From the NCBI RefSeq assembly GCF_009914755.1, contig NC_060929.1: a DNA stretch of 64,000 nucleotides. One strand, 5' to 3'. This document shows positions 1-13,428 of this stretch, piece after piece; positions within the stretch are counted from its first letter, which is position 1, and each line of letters starts with the position of its first letter. Source of the stretch: the human T2T-CHM13v2.0 reference genome, Homo sapiens. The notes under the pieces are model-generated. The model was not told where the DNA came from. It did not search any database and saw only the letters and a program-made list of their open reading frames with translations. The translations under genes were made by a program, and so were the position numbers.

Positions 1-493
1 GAATTTAACCTGCCAGGTAAGTTTCCTATTAAGTGAAATTACAATATATGTTGTTATCTTTAGAAATAATCTATAGAATGTGTTCATGAAAGGACATGGA
101 TAATTTTGTAAAGCAAATCAATAAAAGTAGATAGTTTTGCTAAAATTTAAGTGAAACTCAATTATTTGTGAGTTATCATGCGCTCAAATTATAAAAGCAC
201 ATTTACCATCTCAATGTTGAAAAGCTAATTGGATATGATATGGCTCCAACAGAAGCCAATCCTAATTCTTTTTTCTTGTCAGTACCATTCGTACTTAGCA
301 GCTGTTCAATAAATTCTAAGAACAATGTAGTGGAAGATTTCTGCCATAGCAGGAAAGAAAACACTGACTTCAGGGATGAGTCACCCAAGGCAAAGGATAC
401 ATGAGATACATTACACAGAATTTTAGTATTATATTTTATTGCCCTTAATATACCTTGGCATAGCATGGCAATAATGCTAAATGAAAAAGCGGG

Positions 494-872
<379 letters not shown>

Positions 873-931
<59 letters not shown>

Positions 932-1115
932 GAAAAGAGAATAGAATAGAATAGAATAGAATAGAATAGAATAGAATAGAATAGAATAGAATAGAATAGA
1001 AGAGAGTAGGAAGACATATGATTATAATTTGTGAAACGTTTGTGTAGTGTGTGTGTGTGAGACACAGAAGGAGAGAGAAACAGAAAGAGAGAGAGAGACA
1101 GAAAGAGAGAGAGAG

Positions 1116-1150
<35 letters not shown>

Positions 1151-1236
1151 AGAGAGAGTACAGAGGAGGGAAAGGAGCAGAGGAGAAGAGAGGGAGGGAA
1201 GAGAAGGAGAGGGGAGAGAAAGAGGGGGAGGGAGGC
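873..1236. repeat. Compound microsatellite block (GA)n, (AATAG)n, (TG)n, GA-rich
   Basis: Directly visible; begins in the Alu tail. Confidence 0.95.
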
Positions 1237-1920
1237 ATGGAAAAATACTGAGAGAAAATAAAAATTTGTCAGTTTTCTCCAACTATGAAGGAAATTTTTC
1301 TTCTTTTTTCTTTCCTTTTTTATTTTAGCAACTAAGTACTTTTATAATCATTTAAAAAAATCTTAATGCCTTTACCTTGAGACATGATGGAAAAATGTTA
1401 CAGGTACAAAATGTAGAAATTTAACCAGTGTTTAGAATTCTGACCTCAGGAACATGTGTATGACCTATTTTTAAAACCATAGCATTTTTTCTTGGTATGT
1501 TTCCGTGATTGGAATCAATTTTGTAAGTGCATGCTACAAAGTGACAAGAATCACTCAATTTTTGTTGTTGTTGTGGATGATTATCAACAATATTCCAGTG
1601 GGAGGTACTGTAATTGGTATTGCTCTGTAAAACAGAATTATGCATATAACACGTGTTTGTGAAACCTACTGCATATCCAGCCCAACACAGATGTACTTGC
1701 TATACAGACTATTGTTAAGCATATGTTTTGCTTCAGAAGATAAAGCTAAAAGAATAAAAAAAGATAATTTCTGGAAAAAAACATTGTTCAAACAATATAG
1801 AACTAAATTATAAAATTTTAGTATAATTTATATGTTGTTTCAAATACAGCTAAATATTTATGAACTAGCAAAGTCAGGTGAAAATTCATGAGGAAGATAG
1901 AATGGGTTTTAGCTTTGAAA

Positions 1921-1976
1921 ATGAAGAAGAAAAAGAGGAAGAAGAGAAAGGAAGAAGAAGGAGGAGGAAGAAGAAA
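1921..1976. repeat. GAA/GGA-rich low-complexity tract
   Basis: Directly visible. Confidence 0.7.
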
Positions 1977-2004
1977 CGGATATAAATAGAGCATATGCTT
2001 ACGT

Positions 2005-2135
2005 GAAGCATTGTGCTTTGCACAGGTTATCTCGTTTAGTCTTCAAAGAGCATTATAAGAAACACAATTTTCTTAATTTTATAGATAAGTAAACCTACCT
2101 GTAAGAAAGATAGGATTCCAACCCTGCCACACTGT
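2005..2135 (-). mobile_element. MIR fragment
   Basis: Resembles reverse-complement MIR core (ATCTCGTTTAGTCTTCA...ATTTTATAGATAAGTAAAC). Confidence 0.5.
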
Positions 2136-2215
2136 TTTCAGATTTATTTTATTCTCATTTTCTGCCCTAATTCTAATAATCAGATAATTTTGGGTAAGAC
2201 CATCAAAGATGATTA

Positions 2216-2217
<2 letters not shown>

Positions 2218-2266
<49 letters not shown>
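2218..2266. repeat. (CA)n microsatellite
   Basis: Directly visible. Confidence 0.95.
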
Positions 2267-2949
2267 CCCCACCAGATTGCCCAGAATTTCCTTTCCTAAT
2301 TGACTGTACTGTTCTCTATCCATTTGTCAAGAGTTGGCTGGTTCATCTTGAACACCCTAATATCAAGCATTTGTCGAATTATGAGTAAGACTGCCAAGAA
2401 TTTTTAAATTGCCAAAAAATCTAAACATGTATCAGAATAAACTGGGAGCTTGTGAAAACTACAGATTCATAGATCTTCAAGCTCCAGGTATTTTCATTTT
2501 ATTTGTCAAGAAATTTCTTAAAATCTGTGGTTTACAGAAATTCTCACTAACGCAGCCTTGCTAGAAGAGCACTTGAGATTAATAGCTTGTACCTTACCCA
2601 TGGATCCGTTGTCCCAAGTCTTAGCTAACTCTACTAACATAATCTCTCTCAAGTCATATCATCTCTGAGGCCATTCTTTTATTCACTTCACAGGCAAACT
2701 TTTAATGATGACCACCTATGAGTCAGCCACTGTGCCAAACTCTGAAATTTAAAGAAAGTGCCTTCTTTTACAATGTTCATTATTGACAGAGAGAGATAGT
2801 GAGCCAAAAAGCACAGTCCAGTAGGTATCAGAGTTGGTTTATGCCTAAGGATTGGAGAGATCATATAAGAGGGACATTGCAATTTCCTGGCTTCCATCAC
2901 TTTCATTGGCTCTTCCTTTTGGTGTTTCTTCCCATGCAGTCTTCTGGAG

Positions 2950-3065
2950 GTTTTATTTACATCATTTCATTTAATCTTTACAACACTATCAAAAAGACAA
3001 ACAGTAGTAATTTCTTACTATAAGGAAACTATGACTAAGAGGAATTTAAACAATTATCCAAATAT
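2950..3065 (-). mobile_element. MIR fragment
   Basis: CATTTAATCTTTACAACAC...TAAGGAAACT matches reverse MIR core. Confidence 0.5.
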
Positions 3066-3687
3066 ATACACCTAAATAATAGAGAGAGCATGCAAAACAA
3101 CAGCTGTCCAAAAGTAAAAAACTATACCCTTTACACTTTGCAAATTGCCAACAATGTTGAAGAGGTTTATCTCAGAAAGTGAATAGTACAGCCAATCCTT
3201 TGTCCCAGGCAACAGCTTGAATTTTAAGCTCTTCTCCGAGTTTGAATAAGTAACACATCCAGTCAATTTGAACAGTGTATGTCTTGCTTGGTGAGCAATG
3301 AGTTATTTTACAGTGACTAGAATTCAAAGTCAGACACAGCCTCCTTCATTGTTGGCTCACATTTGCTTTGGCCTCTGGTATGAGTCAAACCACAACTCAT
3401 GTTCTTTTCCCAGGAAGCCATTTCATTTCCTTTCATTAGAACCTGTGCCCATATTGTTTGCACATTGCTGTTCATAAAATATTTTGTGGTGTATCAAGAA
3501 AATAAAATTGCAGATTAAAAGACTGAACTGAAATTATATCATATTCAAGCAAATCCTTCCTCCATAAGGTAAAATATTTGCTGTAGTACTAGTGAATCTT
3601 ATTTATCAATGTTAAGGTTAAAACTAAGACCTGATTTTAAATCTCACAGCTAGGGTCTACTTTGAAAGAATTAAAAGCCCAGTGAGA

Positions 3688-3860
3688 GGATCTCATTCTT
3701 GTTTATGGCTGAATAGTACTCCATTGTGTGTGTGTACTACATTTTCTTTATCCATTCATCTGTTGATGGATACTTGGGGTGGCTTCCATATCGTGCCTAT
3801 TGTGAATAGTGCTGCAATGAACATGGAATGCAGACATTTATTTGATATAGTGATTTCTTT
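3688..3860 (-). mobile_element. L1M(A) fragment
   Basis: TTTATGGCTGAATAGTACTCCATTGTG...TTATCCATTCATCTGTTGATGG...AATAGTGCTGCAATGAACAT typical of antisense L1 3' region. Confidence 0.85.
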
Positions 3861-4296
3861 AGGTGACACATGTATTAAAATGTAGCATGAGATCAAGATT
3901 ACATAGCTTTAATGGAGCAAAGTTTAAAACTACCATTCAGAGCTAGCATTTCATCATGGGTATTTGAGTGAAGACAGTGAATCAAGGGAGCATGATCTTG
4001 GGGATTAGATTTGAAATTCAAACATTTACTACCACTACTTGAAGAGGGGTAGAGGGAAGACAGTCATAAGGGTTGAAATATAAGTGTTGAGGTATATGAG
4101 AACTATGGATTGTGTACGTGCATTTGATTTCCAATTCACCTGCTGTTTTTCATTTTTGTCTCCCGATAATAGACTTTTCCTTCTTGAGATACTGCCACCG
4201 GGAATCAAGTAGTAAAAACACACACCACTGGAATCCAGTATCAAAACCACATAAATAAGAAATATATGTGAACTTCTTGCTAATTAGAAAACACCT

Positions 4297-4641
4297 GGCC
4301 AAGCACAGTAGCTCACATCTGTAATCTCAGCACTTTGGGAAGCTGACATGGGATGATCACTTGAGCCCACAAGTTCGAGACCAGCCTGGGCAATGTAGGG
4401 AGTTCCCGTGTCTACAAATAATTTTAAAAATTAGCTGTGCCTGGTGGCATGCACCTATGGTCCCAGCAACTTGGGAGGCTGTGGCAGAAGGACCCTCTGA
4501 GCCCTGAGCCCAGGAGGTTAAGGCTGCAGTGAGCCGTGATCATGCTACTGCACTCTAGCTTGGGAAACAGAGCAAAATCCTGTCTCAAAAAAAAAAAGAA
4601 AAAGAAAAGAAAGAAAAAAAAAGAAAAAGAAAAAAGAAAAG
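4297..4641 (+). mobile_element. AluJ
   Basis: Dimeric Alu with J-type GATCACTTGAGCCC and AGGCTGCAGTGAGC, A-rich tail. Confidence 0.9.
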
Positions 4642-5139
4642 AACAGTGTATGTTTAATTTTTAAAATGTACTCCCAACATAGAAAAATTTCCCAGATATT
4701 TGAAGCATTCTGAAGTCTTACCAAATATCCCAAAAGAAATGCTAAACTAAAATTCATACCTAATAAATTCCAGCTATTTCCCAGAATTAATCTGATGGGT
4801 CATAGCAAAAAAAAGTTTTAATATTTTATGTAACAAACAATTCTTTTTTCATTTTCCTGGTAGATTAATTCAGCCTGACCTCACTACTAACAAATTCTGC
4901 TTCAAATAATTTTTGTTTTTCTTTGTTCTTGAAGTTTAGGAATGAATTCTCTTCACTCATTTTATTCAATTTCTCCAATAGTTTTATTCATATTATCTGA
5001 TAATAAAATAACGTAATTCCGTTTTTATCTTGTGCAACCATACCAATAATTTATTGTAAGGAATTTGAAATACAAAAACTTTTGAATACAAATAATCATG
5101 GCTAGAGCTGCTAGTGAATAAGATATGAGCAATTTCATT

Positions 5140-7400
5140 GAAAGCCTATTCTGAGGACTAAGATTTGGGATAGAGATAGCCAAGAACATGGAAAACATCT
5201 ATCAGACAAAGAATAATTCACAAAGATTGTTCAAAGTGTTATGGGAAAGTTTCTATCAGATTTTGAGAAATCAGAAAGGTCTCATGGAGAAGCTGACATT
5301 TCATTTTTAAAAAATTATTTGAGAGAGAAATAGAATGTGTCAAAACAAATAAGAGGTGAGAGTTATGGTCTAGAAGGAAATAGTATCAGCAAAGGTTCAA
5401 AGAAAAAAGGAAAAGAAAATGTGCATTTAGGGAGATCAAGGCATTCATTTCCTCCTTGGTATTCTCTACTTACCACTACCTGGAATTTGTCACAATATGT
5501 AGTGGTCTTTTATTTATGTCTTCCTCCTCGTAAGACTATGTGCTGTTCAAAAACGAAGACCTTATTTTATCTTTATACCTTCACAATTTATATCTATATA
5601 ATTTCCAGTATATAGGAAGTTATTTATGTTATTGAATAAAAAATGAATGAATGAATATTTCAGTCCAAAAGAGATGTAAGGGAATGGTTGGTGACAAGGA
5701 TAAAAGAAAAGATTGAAGTAATAATGTTGTAAAAAGGAAGAGGTGAATAATCACTGAAGGATTTTGAGTAAAAATTTGGTGTAAATGAACAATGCTTTAG
5801 AAAAATAGCCTGACTGCATCAAGAAGACTATACTGAAATGGATATAAATTGAAGGAAGGAAGAAGTCCAGTTCAAAAGTATAAGTAATAATATCAGTCAG
5901 AATCAAGTTAGTAGCCATGAACATGGGCTTGTGGAAGGCAATGCTCTACCAGAGTTGTAGAAATGGTTCTGCTGCCTGCCTCCTTTGCCCCACAGAAATG
6001 AAAGATATGCCTCTAAGGGCCTACACCTATGAAAGCATGGCCTGATCATGAGTTAGATGTTTCCCTCACAACAATGTGAGGATTGAAAATAGTCTCTAGG
6101 CCTGGGGTAGACTCATTCCTTTGGACATAACCATCTATTTATGTCCACAGTTGTCTCCTTCTGCGGCCTGCCTGTCCGATTGCTTTCTTCCTGGGCCTCT
6201 GATGCTCACTTCAGTTTCCTCACAAAAGTATATTTTGGCTCTATACCTTACCCTGGGCAGTCAGCACTCCACTTTCATACTCTGTATTCTGCCAGACTAA
6301 TTCTCCAGAAAATGGTGGTGCTCATAGTCTGATAACATCCTTGCTGATATAGGACTCAGGTACCCATATGATACTGATGAATGATACACTCCAAAACATG
6401 CAAATTGAATTCCTGCTTTATTCTAGAACAGACAATAGATCATTATTGGCCTTGACCTAATGATCTGAAGAACTGGTTGCCCTGGCTTTTTGCTTGTCTT
6501 TCGTTAAAAACTTCCCTATACCACATGGGCAAGCCATCCCTTATAACAGGTATGATTAATAGACTTCAGCAACAGATTAAATACAACACACCACAGTTTC
6601 TGGAATAAAAAAAATCAATCTGAGACTTTTAGTTTGCTTAGTTGAGAAAATGACAGTTTCCTTAACAGAATAGAGGTGAGAAAGGGAAAATATGAGGATG
6701 GCAGATGGGAGGAGAGCAATAAGTTTGATTTCAGATGTCATAAACTTGAGATGTTAAGTTACAACTAGACCTAGTTGCAAAAGAATGGTTGGAACTTAGA
6801 GGAAAAGTCAAGTCTAAATATTCATATTTTTAATTAAATAATAAAGATGCAGAGACTTAATTAAATCACACTTATGGTAATTGAATGGTCAATAATACAA
6901 AGAAAATGAGTTCACAAAGAAATAAAGGAGATAGAGGAAAATCTTAGTAAATGATTAGGGAAAGTTGGGAGAAGAGAGACTGAACAGAAGCTAAGAAAAA
7001 ATGATTTCAGAAAAAATATATAAACTATATCAAATTTCCCAAATAAGTCAAGGATAAAGATTTGTTGTTGATGTCTAGAGCTTGGAGTTGATCTTTGTGG
7101 GAACATTTTCAGGAATGTGACAAGAATGAAAGCCAGGTTGAAGGAGACAAAGCAGTGAGAGTCAACAAGATGGAGTCGAAAGTCTGCCCAAGTTTCAAGA
7201 ACTTTGGTATTGAATCAAAGAGGAAAAGAGGGTATAATTCAAAAGGGAATTGGATTGGGATGAAGTTTTCTCTTCTTTAGAATAGGAAAAGCTTTGAACA
7301 CTTTTGTCAGCAGTGGAGAAACCAGCAGAGAAGAAGTGACAGAAGACATTGAAAAAACATCAGGAAAATGGATGAGCAAAATTCCAGAGAAACTGAGAAG
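5140..7400. mobile_element. Highly diverged L2 fragments (mostly minus; plus-strand L2 3' end ~5450-5656)
   Basis: L2 tail TGAATAAAAAATGAATGAATGAAT at ~5633-5656; purine-rich antisense L2-like body. Confidence 0.45.
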
Positions 7401-8128
7401 CAGGGATCTGTAATTGTCTTCTCAAAGACAGCAACAAATCAAAGAAGGGAGACCAAGATTTATAGAGGCTTTAGGAAATTAGAAGTAAAGCAGAGAGCTC
7501 AGGTAAAATGATAATAAACTAGTCGAATATAAAAAGCCTGAGACAATCAGGAATAACTAGGGTCATCTTCTAAAATGACATTTCAAGTATGTTGTCATTT
7601 CAAATAATAAAATAACAGCCTTCTTTAATCCAAAATTCAACCAAGGTGTGTATTGCCTTAACATATGGATTTGAAAAGTTAGATTGATTTAATGCAAGAT
7701 CATGCTTTCATGTTTACATTTGCCAGGAGCCCAGCATACAAAAAATACTTAATACATATTTGTTCCTAAGTAAATTGGTAAAACAAAAACACAAATAGTT
7801 TATATTTTTTAATAGATGGTTAGCCTTAACTACCCACATACTTATTATACAAACACACAGAGAACTATATGTATACTTGTTGGGTGACTGCATAGCTCAT
7901 GGAGGGGGGCCACTCTCATCACCTAAGTCACAGAACCCCAAATTCTCAACACTTGCAATAGGGTAAGTTGTAATCCTAAAGTAGCTTGTAATACTTGCAT
8001 GAATCACCTTCACAATGGACTGCATCTGGTTTTTATCCATAGGTACATCATTCCCCAAACAGTATCACATTCCAAGTTAACTAAATATCTGGATTGAATA
8101 GGTGAGAATATAAGAGTTCCTTCCCTGT

Positions 8129-8447
8129 TGTTACAGTTTGAATGTATTCTCCAAATTTTCACATGTTGAAAACATAATCTCTCCATCCTCATGAATAGAT
8201 TAATGTCATTATCAGGGGAGTGTGTTTGTTATTACAGGAGTGGCTTTGTTATAAAAGCAAGCTCTCTCTGACTCTCTTCTCTTGCCTCCTAACCGTGTGA
8301 TGCTCTCCACCCTGTTACGAGGCAACAAGAAAGTCTTCACCAGATGTAGCCCCCTCGACTTTGGACTTTCCAGCCTAATAAACTTCTTTTCTTTATAAAT
8401 TACCCTGTTTGTGGCATTTTGTTATAGCAACAGAAAATGAACCAACA
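8129..8447 (+). mobile_element. MaLR solo LTR (MSTC/MSTD-like)
   Basis: TGTTACAGTTTGAATG start; GGACTTTCCAGCC, AATAAAC...TATAAATTACCC...GTTATAGCAACAGAAAATG end. Confidence 0.8.
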
Positions 8448-8739
8448 CTTCTCACTGTCTTCTCCACAGCCACTACATGAGAAATTCAATTCCAAATCAC
8501 TGCTGTTAGTCCTAAGTGGTGTGGAGCTCATCAAGTCAGCTTACCCATGTATGAATTAACTAATCATAATAAACAAAGTTACTGTTTTTTATAAAATAAC
8601 TTATTTTATAAATTCTTTAGGCACTTGCTAAAACGAATAGAAAAAAATGAGGACCACCATCAATTCCAACATTGAGAACTCGTATTTTAGTTGGAAAGAA
8701 ATGCACACAGTTTGGAATCCTATGTAATCAAGATAAGAG

Positions 8740-8900
8740 AACAACAATTTTCCAAATGCTTTCCGTGGGCCAGCGTGGAAACTTAACTCTCTCACACAGA
8801 CAACGAGGTAAGTATTATCTCACTTCACAGAGGAAAAAACTGAGTTTCAAAAGAAGTAATTTGTTCAAGTTTTAGATGCCTGTTAAGTGGCTACACATGC
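8740..8900 (-). mobile_element. MIR fragment
   Basis: ACAGAGGAAAAAACTGAG...AAGTAATTTGTTCAAG reverse core. Confidence 0.55.
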
Positions 8901-8944
8901 ATTTGGTTCTCCAACTACCCCACACTGCTAAAGTAGCAGAGGTG

Positions 8945-9160
8945 TTTTTTTTTTGTTTTTTTTTTTTTTTTTTTTTTTGAGAGAGTCTCACTCTGTTGCC
9001 ACGTTGGAGTGCAGTGGTGTGATCTTGGCTCACTGCAACCTCTGCCTCCTGGGTTCAAGTGATACTCATGCCTCAGCCTCCTGAGTAGCTGGGATTGCAG
9101 GCACACACCACCACACCCATCAAATTTTTGTATTTTTAGTAGAGACAGGGCTTCACCATT
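8945..9160 (-). mobile_element. 5'-truncated AluS
   Basis: Poly-T, right arm, linker; ends early in left arm. Confidence 0.9.
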
Positions 9161-9644
9161 TCATTGAATAGGAGTTTACTAGGTAAAGTTTTACGGAAGA
9201 AAAAGTCAAGATAGTTCTGAAATCTTAGTTATTTTATCCTCTGTGAAGCACTCCCTCTCTAAATAGATTCTGATTCTCTGTTTTGTGTAGATTACACTCT
9301 GACACCAAGCCCTGCCCTTGTGGGAAGTATGATAAGCCTCAAGGCAAACAATTCTTCCTTCGCGATTGCAGTCTGGGCACCTGATGATATAGAATGACTC
9401 ATTGGACTCCTGCCTCTTCTACTTCATTCTTACCATGAGCTCCCCTAGAAGATGTAGTCTTCCACCGTTACCAAAATCTGCAACCAGAAAGATCAAGCTC
9501 TAGGAAGCAGTACACACTATACTCCTGTGTGGAAACAAAGTAATCCTCATCAGATCATCTAACTTGCTGTTGCTGTAAGGACTGTGAATTGGTAGCAATA
9601 AATAAGCCATGGGAAATAGGAGGGAAAACACCATCAATGACAAT

Positions 9645-9848
9645 AAAAACTGAATGTGAAATTTGACTACCTGAGTTTAATTTATAGTTCTGTCTCTTTC
9701 TAGCTGTGTGACCATAAATGAGTTACTTATCTCTCTACATCTTAAACTTTTCAGGATTGTGTGCATTCAAAAGAAACAATGGCATTATAATGTATGTGAA
9801 GCACTGACAAAGAATACCTGGGACACAGTAGGTGCTCAAAAATAATAT
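9645..9848 (+). mobile_element. MIR
   Basis: CTAGCTGTGTGACC...AGTTACTTA...CACAGTAGGTGCTCAA. Confidence 0.65.
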
Positions 9849-10971
9849 CCGTTAACACCAAGAGGAGCATACCTTCTGGCAGGAAATTTAAGACATCTAT
9901 AAACTGCACATATATATTAAGTGTCATATAAATAAAACAAAATTTCTGTAATGGGGAGGGAGGGCCTGGGATTAAGCTTTCTGTCACTCTGCAGAGAACC
10001 CTTGAACATGTAAAATACCCCCTTACTTTTTACCAGAAACCCAGAACTTTGTGAGGGGATGAAAAACAAGAGCCCTTCTTATTTGTTCCCTGTGAATTTA
10101 GCTTGAGTTTCTGATATTTGACCCCTGCCATAGATTCAATCTGTTTCCATTTAGATCTGTCCATCTGTCCTGAATCTCTTGACACTGATCTGCCCAACCT
10201 ACTTGCTGTCTTCATCCTCCGGGTTGGAAAGAATCTAGATTCTTCAGAGTGTCTACTGTTTATACACTACTTCTTTCCAGGCCAGCTTCTGTCTGTGAGT
10301 TCCTGTCTGAGTGCCTCATAGCTGATTTTGTACTTTTCGCTAAGTCCAGTTTCCATTCCTGGTTTCTTCTATTCTGCCCTGCCCGTGACCTAATCAGTGC
10401 CCATTTTTATAACCAGACTTTTTTGTGCCACTTAAAATTCCTGACTTTCTTCCCAAACCTGTTCATTGTAATCCTCAGATTCTTCAGCATCAACAAAGGA
10501 GCCATCAATGCTGTGGATTCCCCCTCATTCCCTAGAAGCCTGTAACACATTATTCCAGGCATCTGACCCAGAATGTGCAGACTCATTCCTTGCATTGCCT
10601 GGTCTTCCAAAATCTATAATCTCCTTTCCTGCAAGCACAGGAGCCCTGTTGTGGTGAGAAATCACCAAAGCCATCCTATTTGGCTATCTCCCAGGTTACA
10701 GGCTTTGACAAAGTAGCAATGACCATCTTGAAGGAGCAGTCAACCTCCCGATGGAAAGAATTGCTCTTGGAATTGAAATGAAAAAGCATATGTGGTCAAT
10801 TAGCATAAATTTTGGGATAATTTTTTTCACCAGATCACCTAATTGCTATACTCTACTGTTTAGTGAGCTTGATTAAAAGACAGTGGAGTGAGCACAAGTT
10901 TTAGTCGGGTTATGTTGTAAAAATTTTTTTTTTAAAAGAAACTGACACCTACCTTGAGGGTTAACGTGAAT

Positions 10972-11411
10972 TGTATTAGTTTCTTACGGCAGAGGTAACA
11001 AACTAATGCAAACTGGGTTGTTTACAGAAATAAAAATTTATTCTCACATAGTTCTAGAGGCCAGAGCCTGAAATCAAGGTGTCAGCAGAGTTGGTGCCTT
11101 CTGGAGGTTCTGGGAGAGAAATCATCCCATGCCTCTCTCCTGGCTTCTGGTGGCGGTTGGCAACCCTTGGCTCACAGGTCACCACTATACTGTCTACCTC
11201 CGTCATCATGTGGCATTCATCCTAGGCATGTCTCTGTATCTTTGTTTGCTCTTCATATAAGGACACCAGTTATTGTATTAGGACCCACCTTAATCCAATA
11301 TATCCTCATCTTAACCTAATTACATCTGCAAAGATCCCATTTTCAAATAAGGTCACAGGGTGAAGTTCCAGGTAGACATCATTCGGGAGACACAGTATTC
11401 AACCCAGCATA
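10972..11411 (-). mobile_element. MLT1 (MLT1C-like) solo LTR inserted in a MIR
   Basis: TGTATTAGTTTC start, CTGAAATCAAGGTGTCAGCAG, TTACATCTGCAAAGA; perfect 5-bp TSD TGAAT (10967-10971, 11412-11416); MIR halves on both sides. Confidence 0.85.
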
Positions 11412-12257
11412 TGAATATTAGTGAGAAGGAATATAAAGCACCTAGCAAAATGTCTGGCACACAATTAGGCTTTAATAACTAGTAATTATTGGTACCTGTG
11501 GCTTACTAAATTGGCTACTCTGCACTGAGTAATGCTAGAGTGCTGAGTGTGTAGTGAAGGTCAGAGCAATTTACAACCATGTCAGTATATCTTTCTCACT
11601 GTTTTTCTCCTAACCCCAGACAATTTAAGTTCAGTGCCCAAGGCAAGTAAATTTAAACCTGAAATCAATCAGTTTGCTCTGGTTTCTTGTAAGCCACGTT
11701 AGTACTCCTGAAATATAAGCAGGGAATTAACAGAGCCCTCTAATGCCTTGAATTAAATTTTGAGCCAAACTTCACTGCGTGCTAAAAATAGATTGCCTCA
11801 TTGTTCACTAGTAAAGGGAGGATCCCTAACTGCTTCAAATTAAGTTGTGAGCTTTTTGTTTGTTTTAATTGCATACTTTTCTCTGTTCAGTCTTTGTGGA
11901 GTCCATGGCTGCTACTTCTCTACTGTTTATATAAATTTTATCTTGGTGCTAAAGTGAAAATTGTAGTATTTCTTAGATATAGGGCTTTGTAAGGAAAGAA
12001 AAATTACACCTGTTTTCCCAAGAGTTAATTGTGATTATGCTGGGAAACAGGAAACTGAACTGGAAGAATCTAGAGAATCCCTCTAGCAAGGATCTTCTGT
12101 TTCTCCTCTTGGACTTGCTGCCATTATCTTTCCCAAGCCAATTTCCAGTTGTTCCTCAATTATTTCAAATCAGCCACTACTTCTTCAAACTTTAAAATCT
12201 CATTACTGGATATTTCAGTTCAAAACTCCAGGCTACACTATTTTAGTGCCCAAGCTA

Positions 12258-12340
12258 AATACTATTTAGCTTGAAAGAAAAAAAGAATATTCTGCCATAT
12301 GTGACAATATAGATGAACCTCAAGGACATTATGCTATATA
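12258..12340 (+). mobile_element. Short L1M 3' fragment
   Basis: ATTCTGCCATATGTGACAATATAGATGAACCTCAAGGACATTATGCTA. Confidence 0.65.
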
Positions 12341-13017
12341 AGAGGACATTAAGTTACATAGGCCTTATTGTTTTCAATTTTTTCAAAATGTATATACTTT
12401 ACAATAAACAGATAATTAAATTTTTTTCTCACTACTTCCTTACCTTGATATCAGATTTTTGCTATGTGTTTTTTGAGGTCAGGTGGTGACTACAAAGATA
12501 CATTTTTTTTCTAATTACACTATTCTGTCTGTGAATCAAGCCAAACTACTAGAAAAAAACTGCATACCTGAATCATGTTTTACAATCCTGTACTTTTTTT
12601 TTTTTTTACTTTTTCTTTTTTTTTTCTAAATTATTATACAACTTGGTGTCTCTAATACACTTTGAGGAACATTGTAAGAAATAGCTTCGTAGAGCACACT
12701 TCTGTATTTACCAAAATAATGTTGTGGAAAACATGGTTTAACACATGGCACCATATTTTCTCTCTGAGGACAAAAAACAAAAATGGTTCTCCAGAATCAA
12801 CATTGAGGAATGTTTTACTCTTCTAAGCAATTGCTTTTGTTTTATTGTTTAGACCCTTTGAGATGGTTAATCAACCATAATTCTGTATTTTTGTGGTCTG
12901 CCAGAAACCTTAATGATGTATCTCTGTTTCCTATCACTAGAAAAGAGCAGCATAGTGGTGTGCTAATCACGCTAGTGGTTTTATCTTATTTTTCTCACCT
13001 TCATTCCCCCATTCCTC

Positions 13018-13428
13018 TGTTATGGTTTGCATGTTTCCAAATCTCATGTTAAAATATATCCCCAGTGTTGGAGATGGGGCTTAATGAGAGGTGTTTGGGT
13101 CACAGAGGCAGTTTCCTTATGAATAAATTAATATCCTCCCTTAGCGGTGAGAGAGTTCTTGCTCTATTGGTTCCCAAAGGAGCTGGTTGTTTGAACAAAC
13201 CTGGTGCCTCCCTCTCTCTCTTTCTTCCTCTCTTGCCATGTGGTCTTTATGCAAACCAGTTCCCCTTTGCTTTCTGCCAGAAGTAGAAGGAGCCTGAGGC
13301 CCTCACCATATGCAGTACCCCAAACTTGAACTTTCCAATCATGGGAATTATGAGCCAAATAACTTTTTTTCTTTATAAATTAGTGAGCCACAGGAATTCA
13401 TTTGTAGCAACATTAAATGAACTAATAC
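13018..13428 (+). mobile_element. MSTB-like MaLR solo LTR
   Basis: TGTTATGGTTTG start, CCCCAGTGTTGGAGATGGGGC, GAGGCCCTCACCA, TTTCTTTATAAATTA...AACTAATAC. Confidence 0.85.

Noticed and set aside
14-22. Strong plus-strand donor CAG|GTAAGT
   Set aside because: No upstream context in window; the same bases serve as a phase-compatible minus-strand acceptor, so no plus-strand exon can be supported
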